DNA from: Candidatus Woesearchaeota archaeon
GTDB lineage: Archaea > Nanobdellota > Nanobdellia > Woesearchaeales > JAFGPW01
Assembly (NCBI GenBank): GCA_016935985.1
Contig: JAFGPW010000007.1
Location: 22,956-86,955 of the forward strand
Direction of reading: 5' to 3'
Length of the DNA stretch: 64,000 bases
Shown: positions 25,866 through 34,047 of the stretch, piece after piece
Layout: every line of letters starts with the position of its first letter
Numbering within the stretch: the first letter of the stretch is position 1
Notes under the pieces: generated by a model
The model's database searches: none
Told to the model about the DNA's origin: nothing
The model's input: the letters and a program-made list of their open reading frames with translations, nothing else
Position numbers and translations under genes: made by a program

Positions 25866-26171
25866 TCAGTCCTTGAACTCGGATTCGGGCTTCATCACGA
25901 TCGCTTTCGTCGGGCAGTTCGCGGCGCACAGGCCGCAGCCCTTGCAGTGGGAGTAATCGAAATGGCTGAAGTTGCCGTCCTTGCCCTTGACGCAGCAGTC
26001 AGGGCAGACGACCCAGCAGATCATGCAGTTGATGCATTTCTCAGGGATGTGCACCGGCCGCATCGCGCGCCAGCCGCCGGTGAGATACTCCTCCGAGTTC
26101 CCGGCCTTCTCGATGATGCCGCCTATCGGGATCTCGGAATATTTCTTCAGGCGGGAGGTGTCGTCAGCCAT
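25866..26171 (-). CDS. porD: Pyruvate:ferredoxin oxidoreductase, delta subunit (2x[4Fe-4S])
   Basis: CINCMICWVVCPD and CKGCGLCAANCPT. Confidence 0.9.
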   Translation of the reverse strand: MADDTSRLKKYSEIPIGGIIEKAGNSEEYLTGGWRAMRPVHIPEKCINCMICWVVCPDCCVKGKDGNFSHFDYSHCKGCGLCAANCPTKAIVMKPESEFKD

Positions 26172-26172
26172 G

Positions 26173-26742
26173 TCAGCACCTCCTCGTCTCGGCGTACGCC
26201 CGATTGAACGCGCGGATGTTGCGGTTGGTGAGGTCTTCCCCCATCTTATGGATGAACCTCTCGCGCAGGTTCCCCTTCAGCGTCTCGGGAGGCACGAACT
26301 CCTTCGCCTTGATGATCGCCCCGAGCATCGCGGTGTTGGTGATCGCCTTCCCTATCTCCTCGAGCGCGATCCTCGTCGCGTCGATGAGATAGAGCTCGCC
26401 GCGATAGCCCAGGCGCTCGCGGACCGCCTGCTCGGGCTCGGAGGTGTTGATCAGGAGGATTCCTCCTTGCTTCAGGCCTTCGGCCACCGGGATCGCCTTC
26501 ACGAGCGTCGGGTCGATCACGACCACCATGTCAGGGCTCTTCACTCCCGAATGGATGGTGATAGGCCTGTCGGAGAAGCGGGTGAATGCCTGGATCGGCG
26601 CCCCCTGGCGCTCGGGTCCGTACTCGGAGAATCCCTGGATGAACTTGCCGGTCTCCTGGATGGTCTCGGCAAGGAGCATCGCCGCGGTCTTCGCGCCCTG
26701 TCCGCCACGGCCGTGGAAGCGTATCTCGTAGATGTCCTGCAC
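26173..26742 (-). CDS. porG: Pyruvate:ferredoxin oxidoreductase, gamma subunit
   Basis: GTG start preceded by SD GAGGTGA (26747-26753). MQDIYEIRFHGRGGQGAKTAA. Confidence 0.9.
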   Translation of the reverse strand: MQDIYEIRFHGRGGQGAKTAAMLLAETIQETGKFIQGFSEYGPERQGAPIQAFTRFSDRPITIHSGVKSPDMVVVIDPTLVKAIPVAEGLKQGGILLINTSEPEQAVRERLGYRGELYLIDATRIALEEIGKAITNTAMLGAIIKAKEFVPPETLKGNLRERFIHKMGEDLTNRNIRAFNRAYAETRRC

Positions 26743-26802
26743 TCGTTCACCTCTTTTGCTATGATGATGGGAACAGTGATATAAAAAACTTTGCCGATGC
26801 GG

Positions 26803-27018
26803 TCAGCCGGCGTTCTCGGTGACCTTGATCGCGCCGTTCGGGCAGGAGTCGGCCGCCTCCTTCTGGCAGGAGACGGAATCGATGTCAGGATGCGTGCACT
26901 TCGCCTTCGGCATGCCGTTCGGGTCGTCGTACATCTCGAAATGGTCTGCGCAGACCGCCGGGCAGACGCCGCAGCCGGTGCAGAGGTTCGGATCGACCTC
27001 GATATGATATTTCGCCAT
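26803..27018 (-). CDS. Single-cluster ferredoxin
   Basis: MAKYHIEVDPNLCTGCGVCPAVCADHF...SCQKEAADSCPNGAI. SD GAGGTG lies about 9 nt upstream of ATG 27018. Confidence 0.8.
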   Translation of the reverse strand: MAKYHIEVDPNLCTGCGVCPAVCADHFEMYDDPNGMPKAKCTHPDIDSVSCQKEAADSCPNGAIKVTENAG

Positions 27019-27250
27019 TGTCATTGCCACCTCATCGTGTGTCAGAAGATGGATACGCCGTTACGGGCATCCTATATTAAGTTTATGATTTTCGTCGAGC
27101 ATTGCCAGTTCTTCGCTATTGTTATGGTGTCCTTCTTTTGTTGTAGTAACACAGAACCGCCGTCTTCGGCACGCTCCGCATCACGCCGAAGCACGGCTAC
27201 GACGGCTTCCCGAAGGTGGTCGACACGCTCGACGTCTGAACCCTCAAAAG

Positions 27251-27260
27251 TATTAAATAC
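27251..27260 (+). promoter_or_regulatory. TATA-like box (TATTAAATAC) for the 27286 transporter gene
   Basis: 26-35 nt upstream of ATG 27286. Confidence 0.4.
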
Positions 27261-27285
27261 TCGCCTTCCGGCTGAGGGGTATACG

Positions 27286-28155
27286 ATGGAATGGCAGCTC
27301 CTCTCGTTCCTGAGCGCGGCGACGGTCGGCTTCTATGCCATCGCCACGAAGCGCGCCCTCTCAGAACGCAGCCCGCTCGAGTTCGCGGCGATCTTCGCCA
27401 CAGGCACCGCGCTCCTCTCGCTCGTCGGCGCATCCCGGATCTCGTTCGCGTTCTCCGGCTGGTTCTGGTTCCTCGTGCTCCTGAAGGCGGCGCTCTCGTA
27501 CTGCGGCAACCTGCTCTGGCTCACCGCGTTCCGAAAACGGGAGATATCGCTCCTGCAGCCGCTCGAGAACCTGCTGCCGCTCTTCGTCGCGCTCTTCGCG
27601 CTCGTGTCCCTCGGCGAGCGCATCACGACGCTCCAGCTCGCCGGCGTCATCGTCTCCATCGCCGGCGTCTACCTGCTGCAGGCGGAGGGAGGCCTTACGG
27701 ACGGGAAGAAGACGCTCGCCCGGATGAGCGACCGGTACGTCCTCGCCTATCTCGGCGGGGTCGCGATCTTCGGCATGTGCGCGGTGGTCGACCGGCAGGG
27801 GCTTTCCGGCGTGACGGTGGAGAGCTGGCTCCTTCTGACATATGGCATATCCGCGGTCTTCTATATCATTACCCTCCTCGCGCGCGGCGGCGCGAAACGG
27901 CTTTCCGCGACGGCAGGGGGAAGCTTCACCTGGGCTGTCGGGCTCGCGCTCGCGTTCTGGTTCGTCTCCGAATGGAGCTACGCGGCGGCGGCCGCGATTC
28001 CCGTGGCGGCGATCACGCTTGTGATATCGCTGCGGCGCTTCGGCTCGCTCGTCGCGACTATCGTCGGCGGGTCGTTCTTCAGCGAGAAGGGGCTCGTGAG
28101 GAAGGGCATCGCCTGCCTCATCCTCATCGGGGCAGGGGTGCTGATCGCGCTCTAG
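27286..28155 (+). CDS. EamA/DMT-family transporter
   Basis: ATG 27286 (MEWQLLSFLSAATVGFYAIATKRAL). 10-TM duplicated EamA-like pattern. Confidence 0.75.
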   Translation: MEWQLLSFLSAATVGFYAIATKRALSERSPLEFAAIFATGTALLSLVGASRISFAFSGWFWFLVLLKAALSYCGNLLWLTAFRKREISLLQPLENLLPLFVALFALVSLGERITTLQLAGVIVSIAGVYLLQAEGGLTDGKKTLARMSDRYVLAYLGGVAIFGMCAVVDRQGLSGVTVESWLLLTYGISAVFYIITLLARGGAKRLSATAGGSFTWAVGLALAFWFVSEWSYAAAAAIPVAAITLVISLRRFGSLVATIVGGSFFSEKGLVRKGIACLILIGAGVLIAL

Positions 28156-28720
28156 GCCCGCTCCGCCGAAGGACTGCTGCCCGGCTGAACAGCACCAAAG
28201 GCCGTTTCACGACCACGAAGCCCGCACCCCCAGCGAGCGATAGCGTCTTCTGGAAGCGGTCAGCTGACACCCGATGCGCCGGCTCGGCGAGGTAGAGCGT
28301 CCCTCCCGGCTTCAGGATTCGATGGAACTCCCACAGCACCTTTCCCTGGTCCGGCACCTCGTGCATGAGGTAGAACGCGAGTATCAGGTCGGCGTTCTCC
28401 GAGACGCCGGAGGAACCGGCGCCTGACCGGTGCAGGAGTATCCTTCCGGCAACGCCCGCTGCTTCCGCTTTCACGGCGAGCCGGTCGAGCATCGCCTGCT
28501 GCAGGTCGACCGCGAGGACCCTGCCCTTCGGACCGACCATCCTCGCGAGCTCGATGGTGAAGAAACCAGGACCGCAGCCGCAGTCGAGGACGGTCATGCC
28601 GGGCCTGACATATTTCCTGAGGAGCAGCCGGGGATGCTGCAGCGCCTTGCGCCATGCGCCATCCAGCGTGTGCGCACGGTGGGACGGGAACACCGCATCA
28701 TCGCTTGGATCCGCCCGCAT
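28124..28720 (-). CDS. Class I SAM-dependent methyltransferase
   Basis: VLDCGCGPGFFTIELA (motif I), VLAVDL, ILKPGGTLYL. Confidence 0.85.
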   Translation of the reverse strand: MRADPSDDAVFPSHRAHTLDGAWRKALQHPRLLLRKYVRPGMTVLDCGCGPGFFTIELARMVGPKGRVLAVDLQQAMLDRLAVKAEAAGVAGRILLHRSGAGSSGVSENADLILAFYLMHEVPDQGKVLWEFHRILKPGGTLYLAEPAHRVSADRFQKTLSLAGGAGFVVVKRPLVLFSRAAVLRRSGPRARSAPLPR

Positions 28721-28982
28721 CCTTCGCGCCTTCCATCTGGCGGGCGATCCGGTTCATCTCATCGAGCATCTCGCCGATCTCCTTATCGGAGAGGCCGTGG
28801 GCGAGCGCGCCCTGCCCGACGGTCTCGTACGCCGCCACATGGCAGCCGATGCAATGCAGCCCGAACTGCATCATGACCATCGCGGCGTCGGGGTAGTTCC
28901 TGACCACCTCGCCGAGGGTCATCTCTTCAGTTATCAGCCGGTCCTTGGTCACGGTCTCGGGTGCTGATGTGGCGCTTGCCAT
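28698..28982 (-). CDS. DUF1858 / hybrid-cluster-protein-associated redox disulfide domain protein
   Basis: ITEEMTLGEVVRNYPDAAMVMMQFGLHCIGCHVAAYETVGQGALAHG. Confidence 0.7.
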   Translation of the reverse strand: MASATSAPETVTKDRLITEEMTLGEVVRNYPDAAMVMMQFGLHCIGCHVAAYETVGQGALAHGLSDKEIGEMLDEMNRIARQMEGAKDAGGSKR

Positions 28983-29089
28983 GGTGCGCTTGACGACAGT
29001 TGGACCGTTTAAATAGTTTGCGCATGAACGCTCAATAACGGATAAAAAGATTTATATATTAGTATGGACAATCGTATACTGACTGGAAG

Positions 29090-29908
29090 ATGGTGCTCGG
29101 CGACCTCCTCGACATCCCCCGGATACGGCAGCGGCCGTGGGAGCTCTTCTTCATCGGGCTCCTCTATAGCTCGGTCGCGATCATGATAGCCCTCGCCGTC
29201 TTCAAGGACCACGCGAGCCTGGTGATGATCTTCCTGACCGTGCTCGCCTCCATCCATATCATCTATAACCTGATCAAGATCGAGGAGGAGAAGGATGTGG
29301 CCAACGCGAAGGAGTCCTTGCTCCTGAAGGAGCACGCGAAGACCCTCTCCGCGTTCGTGATGCTGTTCGCGGGCTTCGCCGTCTCGTTCTCGCTCTGGTA
29401 CGTGTTCCTCCCCGATGCCGTCGCCCAGGCGCTCTTCACGACACAGATATCGGCGATCCAGCAGATCAACACCGCGACGACCGGAAGCTTCATCAACGCC
29501 GGCGACACGCTCGCCCGGATCTTCTTCAACAACCTGCGGGTGCTCGCTTTCTGCCTGCTCTTCGCGTTCTTCTATGGCTTCGGCGCGATCTTCATCCTCG
29601 CCTGGAACGCCTCTGTGGTCGGCGCCGCGATCGGCGGCTTCATCAAGTCGGGGCTGAATCAGGGGTTCCTCTCCGCCTTCTCGATGGGCATCATGCGCTA
29701 CTTCACCCATGGAATCCCGGAGATCCTCGCCTACTTCACCGCAGGCCTTGCCGGCGGGATCATCAGCATCGCGATCATCAGGCACCAGGCGGGGACGCTG
29801 GAATTCAGGAAGGTGCTCATCGATTCGGCCGACCTCACGCTCCTCTCGGTCGCGCTCCTCGGCATCGCGGCCCTGATAGAGGTTTTCGTGACGCCTCTGT
29901 TCTTCTAG
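29090..29908 (+). CDS. SpoIIM-like (DUF95) integral membrane protein
   Basis: FFNNLRVLAFCLL...WNASVVG...HGIPEILAYF. TATA-like GATTTATATATTAG lies about 30 nt upstream. Confidence 0.7.
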   Translation: MVLGDLLDIPRIRQRPWELFFIGLLYSSVAIMIALAVFKDHASLVMIFLTVLASIHIIYNLIKIEEEKDVANAKESLLLKEHAKTLSAFVMLFAGFAVSFSLWYVFLPDAVAQALFTTQISAIQQINTATTGSFINAGDTLARIFFNNLRVLAFCLLFAFFYGFGAIFILAWNASVVGAAIGGFIKSGLNQGFLSAFSMGIMRYFTHGIPEILAYFTAGLAGGIISIAIIRHQAGTLEFRKVLIDSADLTLLSVALLGIAALIEVFVTPLFF

Positions 29909-29913
29909 AGGGG

Positions 29914-30978
29914 TTAGAGAAGCCCCAGCCGCTCGGCCGCGAGCACGAGCATCGCGTGCGACCAGGCGAGCGGACACACGCCCTCCTGCACGTCGTTGCC
30001 GAACACCTGCTCCGGCAAGTAGGGCGAGCCCTTAGCGTCGCGCAGCACCGTGGTGAAGTACCGCATCGCCTTCTTCCGGTCGCCGGCCTCCTGCCAGTAT
30101 GTCGCCATCAGCAGAGTGAGCAGCGGCCAGGACCCTGCCCCCTTCTTCCGGTCCGTCGCCTTCCGGTGCATCCATCCGTCGTAGCTGTCGCCCTCGTAGC
30201 GCATGATGCCGCCTCCCTTCCTGAGCCGCTCCTCGATCATCGAGACCGTGCGCCGCATGCGCGGGTCCTTCGCGCCGACGATGCCGAACGGCCAGACGAG
30301 CGCGAGGGCTGAGGCGTCGATGCGGGCGTCGCCGAAGCGTCCGACCGAGCGGGGGAAATAGCCCTTCACGCGCAGCAGCCGCTGCTCCATCTGGCGCGCC
30401 GCCGTCAGCCACTGCCGCTCCTTGAGAAGGTCATACGCGCAGTAGAGCCCGCACGCGCACGCGGCGAGCGAGTAGACGAAGGATTCCTTCTGGTCAGGGA
30501 ACGCGAGGCGCTCCTCCCAGAGGTCCTGCGTGGCGACCGGGAAATGGTCAGTTCCCCAGACGCGACAGAGCCCGTCGGCGGACTTCCGGACCAGCCGCGC
30601 GAACGGCGCGAACCCCTCGGGGTCTCCCGAGAAACGGTCGTGGAGCGTTATCAGCACCGAGCCGGTCTGGTCAGGCTGGAAGTGCGCGCGCGCCTTCCTG
30701 CCGTCGACATGGTAGTTCTCGTAGAAGAGCCCGGTCTTCTCCCACCCTTCCGCCTTCATGAGCCAGCGGAAGTACTTCTCGTGGATATCCATGCCGAGCC
30801 GGCGCGCGGCGAGGCAGACATACATCGCGTCGCGCGGCCAGACGAAGCGGTAGTCCTTCGCCTCAGTCGGGTAGTAGGGCTTATGCGAGTTCGCGGCGAC
30901 GATTGCGCCGTTTCGGAGCGCGCAGTCGGCGAGCACGCGCCGCGTGCTCGCAATCAGTCTCTGAAGCTGCCTGTCCAT
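29914..30978 (-). CDS. Glycoside hydrolase family 15 (glucoamylase-type catalytic domain)
   Basis: ATG 30978: MDRQLQRLIASTRRVLADCALRNGAIVAA...YRFVWPRDAMYV...QPDQTGSVL...WEERL. Confidence 0.8.
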   Translation of the reverse strand: MDRQLQRLIASTRRVLADCALRNGAIVAANSHKPYYPTEAKDYRFVWPRDAMYVCLAARRLGMDIHEKYFRWLMKAEGWEKTGLFYENYHVDGRKARAHFQPDQTGSVLITLHDRFSGDPEGFAPFARLVRKSADGLCRVWGTDHFPVATQDLWEERLAFPDQKESFVYSLAACACGLYCAYDLLKERQWLTAARQMEQRLLRVKGYFPRSVGRFGDARIDASALALVWPFGIVGAKDPRMRRTVSMIEERLRKGGGIMRYEGDSYDGWMHRKATDRKKGAGSWPLLTLLMATYWQEAGDRKKAMRYFTTVLRDAKGSPYLPEQVFGNDVQEGVCPLAWSHAMLVLAAERLGLL

Positions 30979-31031
30979 GCATTCAATCAAGGAAAATAGG
31001 TATAAAAACTTTTGTAGGGAGAGTATGACCC

Positions 31032-32294
31032 TTATGGCTGGCGAAGACAGTAGGGATCCATCCCATCCACTCGCCCGGTCTTGATCCAGCCGACGACCCA
31101 GCAGCCGCCCCAGCAGCCCTTGCCATAGTCGGTGCAGGCGTTGCATTCCGCGGACTTGCCCGCTGCCCGCACGTTCCTCAGGACGTCGCTGTTCAGCCAG
31201 ATATCGGTAAGGCTCGTGCTATCTGAGATGACACCGGCCCTGAAGGTAGTTCCTTTGTCCACCTCCTGCGCGAACCCACATGGGTAGACCTCACCGAGAT
31301 GGGTCACCTGTACGCCCCAGAGCGGAGCGCCGCAGGAGACAGGGTTGTGCAGGTCGAAGATCGGCACCTGCCGACCTCCCTCGTAGATGTCAAAGTTGAA
31401 CGATAGGGGGACGCCCGTCTCCTGCCTGAGCCGTGTCGCATGCTGGGTGTAGTCGATCAGCTGCTTTTTCGTCGGAATTTCATCCAACATGTCTGCGCCC
31501 CGTCCGATCGGACGCAGCGGTATTGGCTGGAAGCCCGCACGGTACCGCTTCGCGAGCCCGACGAGATGCTCGAGCTGCTCGAGATTACATGACGACCTGA
31601 TAATCGTCGTGCTGATCCGCGGGTTGAGGCCGTACTCGGCGAGCTTCGCGAGCGTGTCGACCGTCGGCGCATAGGTCCCCTTGCCGCGGATCGACTCGTG
31701 CATCTCCTCCGTCCCGTCGATGCTGATCTTTGACTGGATGATGTTGCCGCATGAGGCGAGCTCCTCGAGGAAGGCGTCCTTGCGATCGATGCATCTCCAG
31801 ACGCCGTTGGTCGAGAGGATGACCGCGAGCCCGAGCTCCCGCGTCAATTCCATCGTCCTGAGCAGGTCGAAGCCGCGGACGCCGATCTCCCCGCCGGTGA
31901 GCTGCAGCTGGAAGGCGCCGGCGTCCGCGATCTGCGTGATGAGATAGCGCTCCTGCTCTTCGGTCGCCGGCCGTAGGCTGTCATGGAGGTCCCGCGGCCC
32001 GCATATGGTGCAGGCGAGGTCGCACCGCGGCTCGATTCCGTAGTAGATGCGCAGCGGCCGGTTGAGGCCGTCGTAGGGCTCGTCGATGATGTCGAGGCGG
32101 GCGACGAGGTCGCCGGCAGCGTCGAAGAACGGGGCGCTCCCGCCATGCGTATCGAGGATACCTTTCAGACGGACGGCTCCGTCGGCGATAATCGCGTCGA
32201 TGTCGTCACGGCCGAGCGCGATCCGCCGCATCATGCCGCGTTGGTCCTGGGTCAGCAGGCCGTCGGGATCGACCCGGATGCGCCTGAGGTTCAT
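31032..32294 (-). CDS. Radical SAM/SPASM-domain protein (rSAM-B) with a ~90-aa N-terminal extension
   Basis: EPRCDLACTICG (CxxxCxxC). C-terminal Cys cluster CNACTDYGKGCWGGCW...DPYC. The start ATG overlaps the upstream stop (ATGA). Confidence 0.85.
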   Translation of the reverse strand: MNLRRIRVDPDGLLTQDQRGMMRRIALGRDDIDAIIADGAVRLKGILDTHGGSAPFFDAAGDLVARLDIIDEPYDGLNRPLRIYYGIEPRCDLACTICGPRDLHDSLRPATEEQERYLITQIADAGAFQLQLTGGEIGVRGFDLLRTMELTRELGLAVILSTNGVWRCIDRKDAFLEELASCGNIIQSKISIDGTEEMHESIRGKGTYAPTVDTLAKLAEYGLNPRISTTIIRSSCNLEQLEHLVGLAKRYRAGFQPIPLRPIGRGADMLDEIPTKKQLIDYTQHATRLRQETGVPLSFNFDIYEGGRQVPIFDLHNPVSCGAPLWGVQVTHLGEVYPCGFAQEVDKGTTFRAGVISDSTSLTDIWLNSDVLRNVRAAGKSAECNACTDYGKGCWGGCWVVGWIKTGRVDGMDPYCLRQP

Positions 32295-32311
32295 CTGAGC
32301 AGCCTCCCGAT
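32256..32311. repeat. 56-bp junction repeat, copy 1 (end of the inserted ORF plus the first 13 codons of rSAM-B)
   Basis: 55/56 identical to 32925-32980. Encodes ...IGRLLR-stop overlapping MNLRRIRVDPDG. Confidence 0.85.
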
Positions 32312-32839
32312 ACCCGCAGAGAGCCAGGCGTCTCTTGTTGGCTGTACTTTCCTCATGAAATAGACCAACAGGACATCTGCCGGGTCATCGAAGAAGATGG
32401 TCACGTCGTCCTTCCTTCGCGTATCCCAATAGTCATCCTTATCGTCGTTGGCCATATAGGCATTGAATCGTGGATACAGCGCGCCTTCTGCTGGCGTATA
32501 CGGCACCCCATCAGCGACGGGCCGCGCGGTCTTCGCCGTGAAGATGTAGCCCTTCCTGCCGAGCCACAGATGATAAGTATCGGCGCCACTCGCCCTCAGA
32601 ACGTTCGCATATCTCTCATCACAGAAATCAATAAGGGGATGGATGGGATGGTGCAGTCCGAGGAGTTCTAGGTCTTTGCCCGAAATCTTCTGATGTTCCA
32701 CGACCCATTCCTCATATAAGTAACCAATCCGGTCAATAGCCGAAAGAAGCTCATCAGAGGGGTACTCCTCATGATGGCCTATGAAGCTGATTGTATTGAG
32801 GGCATCTTCCAGTCGTGTCCTAAAGGATATCATGGGCAT
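32291..32839 (-). CDS. Hypothetical protein (182 aa), slot ORF 2 of the rSAM locus
   Basis: MPMISFRTRLEDALNTISF...AGIGRLLR. No family recognised. Its stop overlaps the rSAM-B ATG. Confidence 0.6.
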   Translation of the reverse strand: MPMISFRTRLEDALNTISFIGHHEEYPSDELLSAIDRIGYLYEEWVVEHQKISGKDLELLGLHHPIHPLIDFCDERYANVLRASGADTYHLWLGRKGYIFTAKTARPVADGVPYTPAEGALYPRFNAYMANDDKDDYWDTRRKDDVTIFFDDPADVLLVYFMRKVQPTRDAWLSAGIGRLLR

Positions 32840-32840
32840 C

Positions 32841-32928
32841 ACCTAGATGTATCGGAACAGGTAGTGGTCCTTCACGATGAAGTCGATGACAGGATCGTAC
32901 CGAAGCATCGGGCAGTTCGGGACGCAGG
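32841..32928. repeat. 88-bp junction repeat, copy 2 (rSAM-A-like 3' end)
   Basis: 79/88 identical to 33960-34047. Encodes CVPNCPMLRYDPVIDFIVKDHYLFRYI-TAG. Confidence 0.85.
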
Positions 32929-32963
32929 CCGTCAGGATCGACCCGGATGCGCCTGAGGTTCAT
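32844..32963 (-). pseudogene. Chimeric radical-SAM remnant (rSAM-B-type first 13 codons joined out of frame to the rSAM-A-type last 28 codons)
   Basis: ATGAACCTCAGGCGCATCCGGGTCGATCCTGACGGCCTG then CGTCCCGAACTGCCCGATG... The C-terminal reading frame is +1 relative to the ATG. Confidence 0.75.
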
Positions 32964-32980
32964 CTGAGCAGCCTCCCGAT
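32925..32980. repeat. 56-bp junction repeat, copy 2
   Basis: See 32256-32311. Confidence 0.85.
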
Positions 32981-33952
32981 GCGCTCATAGAGCCGGGGCG
33001 TGACCTTGAGGAGCTGGACGACGCCGTCCAGCACGATGTCCCGGCCGTCCCAGTTCGTGCCTTCCAGTATCGTGTAGCTCTCAGCCAGGTTCGCGATGCG
33101 CCGATCGGCCATCGTCTCATGGAGATTGCCGCGGGCATCGCCGTCATAGAGCGTTCCGTCGAGCGACTCTATCGAGAGGATCTCCCGATCGCACTCATGG
33201 TCAGGCAGAATCCGGTCTGTCGAATAGAGCCTGGTCAGCACAGAGCCTGCGTTCCTGACCGTCCCCCACGCATAGGTAGTATGATTACCTTTGACGAGAT
33301 ACCGCATTTCTGCAGGCAGCGACTCCTCCTCATCGACCGTGCCGTCCTTATCCATGACGCAATAGAGAGTGCGGGGATCGTGGTTGCCGGAGCCCGTGCG
33401 GTCGGGCTTGACGAGTATATGGAGCAGGCCGCCGGATGCGCGCATATCGAGCACGTCCCCATCCATATCGGCGATCCGCTCCTTTGTTGGGGTATGATAT
33501 ATACCCTTATTATATGCATGATAGAGCGTGCCGTGGAGCGCGGCGATGGACGTTCCGACCGGACGTATCGCGGCCTTCCTGTGGTTGGTCGCATCATAGA
33601 GGCCGATGTCGCTTCCCGCGACATACAGCACATCATTAACGGAGATGAGCATGTGGTTTCTGCGATCGCCTGGCACCGGCACCGAGATATGTTTCTTGAA
33701 GACCGCGGTGACATTGTCCGTACCCCCATAGGGGACGTAATGCTGGTAGAAGATGTTGTCCTTATGTACGCAGAAGACGTTGCGGTTGTCTTCCATGTAT
33801 TGTGTCCAGGATGTTGCTGAAGGTAGCAGTACCGCCTCTTGGCCCTTCATGAAGAGGAAGAAGTCGTAGACCTGACAGTCATAAGGTATCACGGGTAGAG
33901 GGTGCGTCGCCCGCACCACAGCGATGAGCCCAATATCTGCTTTCGTTTTCAT
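32960..33952 (-). CDS. Hypothetical protein (330 aa) with beta-propeller-like G-x-LY repeats, slot ORF 1 of the rSAM locus
   Basis: Recurrent blades: VLYVAGSDIGLYD, LHGTLYHAYNKGIYH, SGGLLHILV, LDGTLYDGDARGNLHE. Ends ERIGRLLR. Confidence 0.6.
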   Translation of the reverse strand: MKTKADIGLIAVVRATHPLPVIPYDCQVYDFFLFMKGQEAVLLPSATSWTQYMEDNRNVFCVHKDNIFYQHYVPYGGTDNVTAVFKKHISVPVPGDRRNHMLISVNDVLYVAGSDIGLYDATNHRKAAIRPVGTSIAALHGTLYHAYNKGIYHTPTKERIADMDGDVLDMRASGGLLHILVKPDRTGSGNHDPRTLYCVMDKDGTVDEEESLPAEMRYLVKGNHTTYAWGTVRNAGSVLTRLYSTDRILPDHECDREILSIESLDGTLYDGDARGNLHETMADRRIANLAESYTILEGTNWDGRDIVLDGVVQLLKVTPRLYERIGRLLR

Positions 33953-33959
33953 TCGGATT

Positions 33960-34047
33960 ACCTAGATGTATCGGAACCGGTAATGGTCCTTCGCGATATA
34001 GTCGATGACCGGATTGTAGCGCAGCATCGGGCAGTTCGGGACGCAGG
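33960..34047. repeat. 88-bp junction repeat, copy 1 (3' end of rSAM-A)
   Basis: See 32841-32928. Confidence 0.85.
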
